Source: Macrostomum lignano (lineage: Eukaryota). From it: a DNA stretch of 64,000 nt. Position 1 is the stretch's first letter. Each line of letters starts with the position of its first letter. Below the pieces are notes generated by a model, which ran no database searches, was not told the DNA's origin, and was given only the letters and a program-made list of their open reading frames with translations. Position numbers and translations under genes: made by a program. The stretch lies in the NCBI GenBank assembly GCA_002269645.1, contig NIVC01000311.1, forward strand, positions 1-64,000, written 5' to 3'. Below are positions 62,262-64,000 of this stretch, one piece after another.

Positions 62262-62645
62262 ATCAGGTGTCTGAGTACTCAAATGCGGTGGGCAGATGGT
62301 CCTGGTCACCGACTGGAAGCTCTCTACAGCGCTCTGTTCGCCAGTGCTGCTCACATCAACAAAGGTGTAAGGCAACAACCAGGTGTGCAGTGTCAGTTGC
62401 TGCCTGACAACTACAAGAAGTGACGCATTCGAGTAGCTGGTCGTCTCCAATCGAAGAGCTACAGTTTCATTTCCAGGCTGAGTATATTTCACAAGAACTT
62501 CGAGTGCACGTTTAGAGCTGATGGTAAAGTTGCGGGCTTGACCAAGCGGAAGTGTCGGTTGAGTTTGAGCTGCAGCTGGTTGCGATGGCAGAACCAGGAA
62601 TGCCAGCAACAGCACCAGCCTAAGCGTTGAGAACAGCCGAGTCAT
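58084..62645 (-). CDS. SID-1/SIDT/CHUP-1 family transmembrane protein, copy C: 2 exons, giant repeat loop, one apparent 1-bp frameshift in exon 2
   Basis: Exons 62645-59235 (1137 codons, no stop) and 59081-58084. Same SIDT signatures as copy B, including SACYHICP and DQHDLWH. Adding one C at the 58948-58950 run restores the frame (about 1469 aa). Confidence 0.87.
59538..61337 (-). repeat. Coding 39-bp minisatellite (13-aa AGNDQPDPPVNIN), about 46 units
   Basis: In frame within exon 1 of copy C. The flanks align to copy B, which has only about one related unit. Confidence 0.96.
62214..62261 (-). repeat. (CAG)16 polyQ tract in the copy C ectodomain
   Basis: 48-nt pure CTG run on the + strand. 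Confidence 0.95.
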
Positions 62646-64000
62646 TGGGATCGCCAGTTTCTGAAAGGAGAGAATGATTTGTTAAAGGTATGAATTGCTT
62701 GCCGTCACAAGTTTAGAGAGTTGATTTTGGATAAGTTTTTCTGCCTTTCAACAGGACAATTGGTCAGAGTGAAACTGACTGAATATTTTCAATTTTTCCT
62801 GCTAACTCATTTTAAAGACGCAATTAACTATCAGTTATTATAACTAAAATTTTGTGCCCAACACCCCCTCTACCCTAACACCATTCTGCCCCAACGCCAC
62901 CTCTGCCCCAACGCTCCCTCTGATCTAACACCCCCTTTGCCCCTGCATCTCCACTGCCCCAACATTCGTTCGAACGATAATTAAGGTTTTGTTCAAATTT
63001 TCGATAGAACGTTTTGGTCTCAGTCACAGTATCGCGCAAGAGAGTGATCCTTATTTTAAGTCATGGCATTAGCAGACAACTTTAATTGCTTTTTCTAGAG
63101 ATATATGCGCCTACTTGTCAAAAATAACATATCAACTGTAATACCTCTTAACAAAGATACAGTAATATACTAAGTAGACACGTCACAACGCGTCAAATTT
63201 AAGCGAAACCGCGCAGACAAGAGTAAATCTACTTTTCCATTACTTTAATTGCGAGTGACATGTCTAGTTATCAGTATTCTATTATCTGTGCTACGAAACC
63301 AGCTGACAAAGGTGCAAATTAAAAATTCTAAGTTGTAAGTTATCACAGATTGACGTGCAATCAGTGAATTATTAGGCTAAGCACTGATGGAAATACGTAT
63401 CTCGTAACTTACATAATGCAGACCTTCTTAGCGAGTCGAGTTCGCAAAATATACTGGCATAATTCGAGAAAGGTAGAATCTTGAAAGCAAGGGAATGCGC
63501 TTCGTTTTTTATGCTGAATATAATAAATAAACTATTGAATAGATAAGCATTCTGAGAGTCAAGCTCTAAAATCACTTGTAGCTACAGCTTTTTGCAGTGT
63601 GCACAGGAAGTACACTTCACGGATTGGCTGTCAATAGGGACAGAACTTACTAGTAACAAAACATCTGCACCTCTCACACTGAAGATGGCGCCATATCTAG
63701 CTAAACACATCGCAAGTAACTTTATCATTTGCTAACTGGACTGCAGCTATCTGCAGGTAAAAATCATCCATTTAGTTGGCTAAGTAAGAAGGGCTGTGGA
63801 CTAATGACGGCAACAAACTTATATAGCCTACACCTTTGGAATGTTATTTCTCTATGTCAATTAAACAAGCAACAAGTAGAGTTTTACTTCGCTGGCAATA
63901 TTTGTTTTAGTTACTGGGTCGGATTAATTCTGGAAAAGTGAATTTTCATCGCATCCGGAGTTGCCAAGCCTGAAGTGAGATGGATCGATAAAGAAGCACG

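Noticed and set aside
3675-62645. Functional lipid/mitochondrial gene cluster (ABHD6, seipin, SID-like, SLC25A22, GTPBP6, GABPB)
   Set aside because: The thematic link is loose and HINFP and SCFD2 do not fit. It cannot be separated from chance without synteny or co-expression data.
63600-63705. Defined promoter from CAGGAAGT, ATTGG and AAGATGGCG (ETS, NF-Y and YY1-like) motifs
   Set aside because: Short motifs arise by chance. The recurrence near 55070 is explained by the segmental duplication, and there is no transcription start evidence.

Overview
This is animal genomic DNA with GC-rich exons, GT-AG introns and AT-rich intergenic stretches. The style resembles a Macrostomum-type free-living flatworm assembly, but that is an inference I cannot confirm. 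Left part (1-39.5 kb): seven spliced housekeeping genes, ABHD6-like (-), SLC25A22-like, seipin/BSCL2, HINFP and SCFD2 (all +), GTPBP6 and GABPB-like (-). Most introns and intergenic gaps carry their own minisatellite (about 20 arrays). A tRNA-derived SINE, an RTE LINE fragment and MITEs with readable target-site duplications (TSDs) are also present. Right part (42.5-64 kb): a tandem array of three divergent, compact SID-1/SIDT/CHUP-1-family genes, which is the most unusual feature. Copy A is rearranged and abuts an RNase H LINE at its polyQ. Copy B is intact except for one TAG inside its polyQ. Copy C has about 46 in-frame 13-aa repeats (about 600 aa) in the first cytosolic loop and one 1-bp homopolymer frameshift. 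Copies B and C both have three hydrophobic helices plus a Cys cluster where canonical SID-1 proteins have a single TM1. Four -1 frameshifts at short homopolymers look like assembly errors. I found no rRNA, tRNA genes or CRISPR arrays. Most long ORFs in the track are repeat artefacts.
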